Origin: Azolla caroliniana
Lineage: Eukaryota; Plantae; Polypodiophyta
Direction of reading: 5' to 3'
NCBI GenBank assembly: GCA_043228905.1
Contig: JBHGNT010000001.1
Span: forward strand, 11,966,001 to 12,030,000
Length of the DNA: 64,000 nt
Position 1 is the stretch's first letter; every line of letters begins with the position of its first letter. The notes beneath the pieces are model-generated. The model saw nothing but the letters and a program-made list of their open reading frames with translations, was not told where the DNA came from and did no database searches. A program made the position numbers and the translations under genes. This document shows, piece by piece, positions 63,049-64,000 of this stretch.

Positions 63049-64000
63049 TGTCTTGAAGATTCCGGGCCATGGTGAGAAACCGGGGAATGTCGGAAGAATT
63101 GGTGGGGTGGAGCATGTGCACTCACCCTTGTACAAAGGGTGTAGGTGATAGGGGTACCTTTATGGCGCCGAGTAGGAGTTAAGTCGGGACAGAGAATCCC
63201 ATGTAAATCGGGATTTATCCCACATTGTTACGCATCCCTCTCCTTGTTCTATAAAACGAAGGGAGGGTCCCTTGTAGAGGGGTTGCCCATTTTGAGTTAG
63301 GAGGGTATACCGTTAGATTTAGGGTTTGCTAGTTCTTGGTCTTCATCTTTCTCTTATTCCCTTGGCAGCTTCCTTCTTCTTCTTACTTTCTTGTTTTTGG
63401 TTAGGGTTCTTCGCCTTCTTCTTCTCATTCGTGTTTGTTTAGGGTTGAGTTCGATGAAGAGCTTGTATGTTTAGAGGGGTTTGCTTCTGCTCAGTCTCCT
63501 ATGCAAGTCCCCGCTCGGCGCGATGAGCCCGAGAGCTCCCCAATCGGCGGCTTGGCAGCAGACGGTTGTTGTAACCTAACCTACCTTGGTCCGGCTTGAA
63601 GCTGGAGTTGTACCTGGCTCTTGTAATTATATATATAAAAGGTTGGGCATATTTGTGTTTTTGTTGGTGTCGGATGCATTTCTTTCCCTTTGTTTCTTGT
63701 ACATAAGAGGCGTGTGTTGAGTCGGTGTTTCGAGCGTGGTCTCTCTCTCTCTCCCTCTCTCGTGTTCGGAAGGCGCCAGTATGCGTCCGAAATCACTCCA
63801 GTTTGCGCCGCAACCGGTACAACCGGAACTGGTGAGAACTCGGCTTCTCGACACCCATCTCTTCCTCATTTGAGACGCCTATGGTCCCCCCCCCCTTTCG
63901 ACACGTACTCGCGGATTACCTTGACATCTTTGGTGAACCCGATGTGAAAGGGCAACAAGGGAGGATGGAGTCAGAAGACGATAACTTCGCGGAGATGGTG
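63049..64000 (+). mobile_element. 5' end of a Ty3-type element: LTR 63049-63926 and tRNA-Trp PBS 63931-63948
   Basis: TGTCTTGAAGAT...TTGACA, similar to the reverse complement of 17216-17894. TGGTGAACCCGATGTGAA resembles the complement of the plant tRNA-Trp 3' end. The element runs off the window. Confidence 0.82.

Overview
Eukaryotic, transposon-dense plant genomic DNA. The element lineages suggest a non-seed land plant (moss, lycophyte or fern), but that is inference. There are no bacterial operons, rRNA genes or CRISPR arrays. I can support only one host gene: a secreted Gly/His-rich protein at 57186-57524 (-). The rest is nested mobile DNA. It includes a very young, apparently self-priming Ty3/gypsy chromovirus (6762-13487), about seven decayed Ty1/copia elements, and a group of Ty3-type LTRs with 4-bp target-site duplications (TSDs). 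It also includes a full-length L1 inside an older LINE, RTE remnants, a hAT-like non-autonomous element and a SINE-like remnant. Five observations stand out. (1) The U5 segment of the chromovirus 5' LTR is precisely inverted between the two arms of its putative self-priming stem. (2) Several LTRs insert at 4-bp CpG-centred sites inside older elements. (3) An LTR head is folded back into a ~460-bp hairpin. (4) A 76-bp higher-order array directly follows a tRNA-Ala primer-binding site (PBS). (5) One copia lineage has two polypurine tracts (PPTs) and an in-frame extension after RNase H. All coordinates and comparisons were read by eye, with no alignments or searches run.
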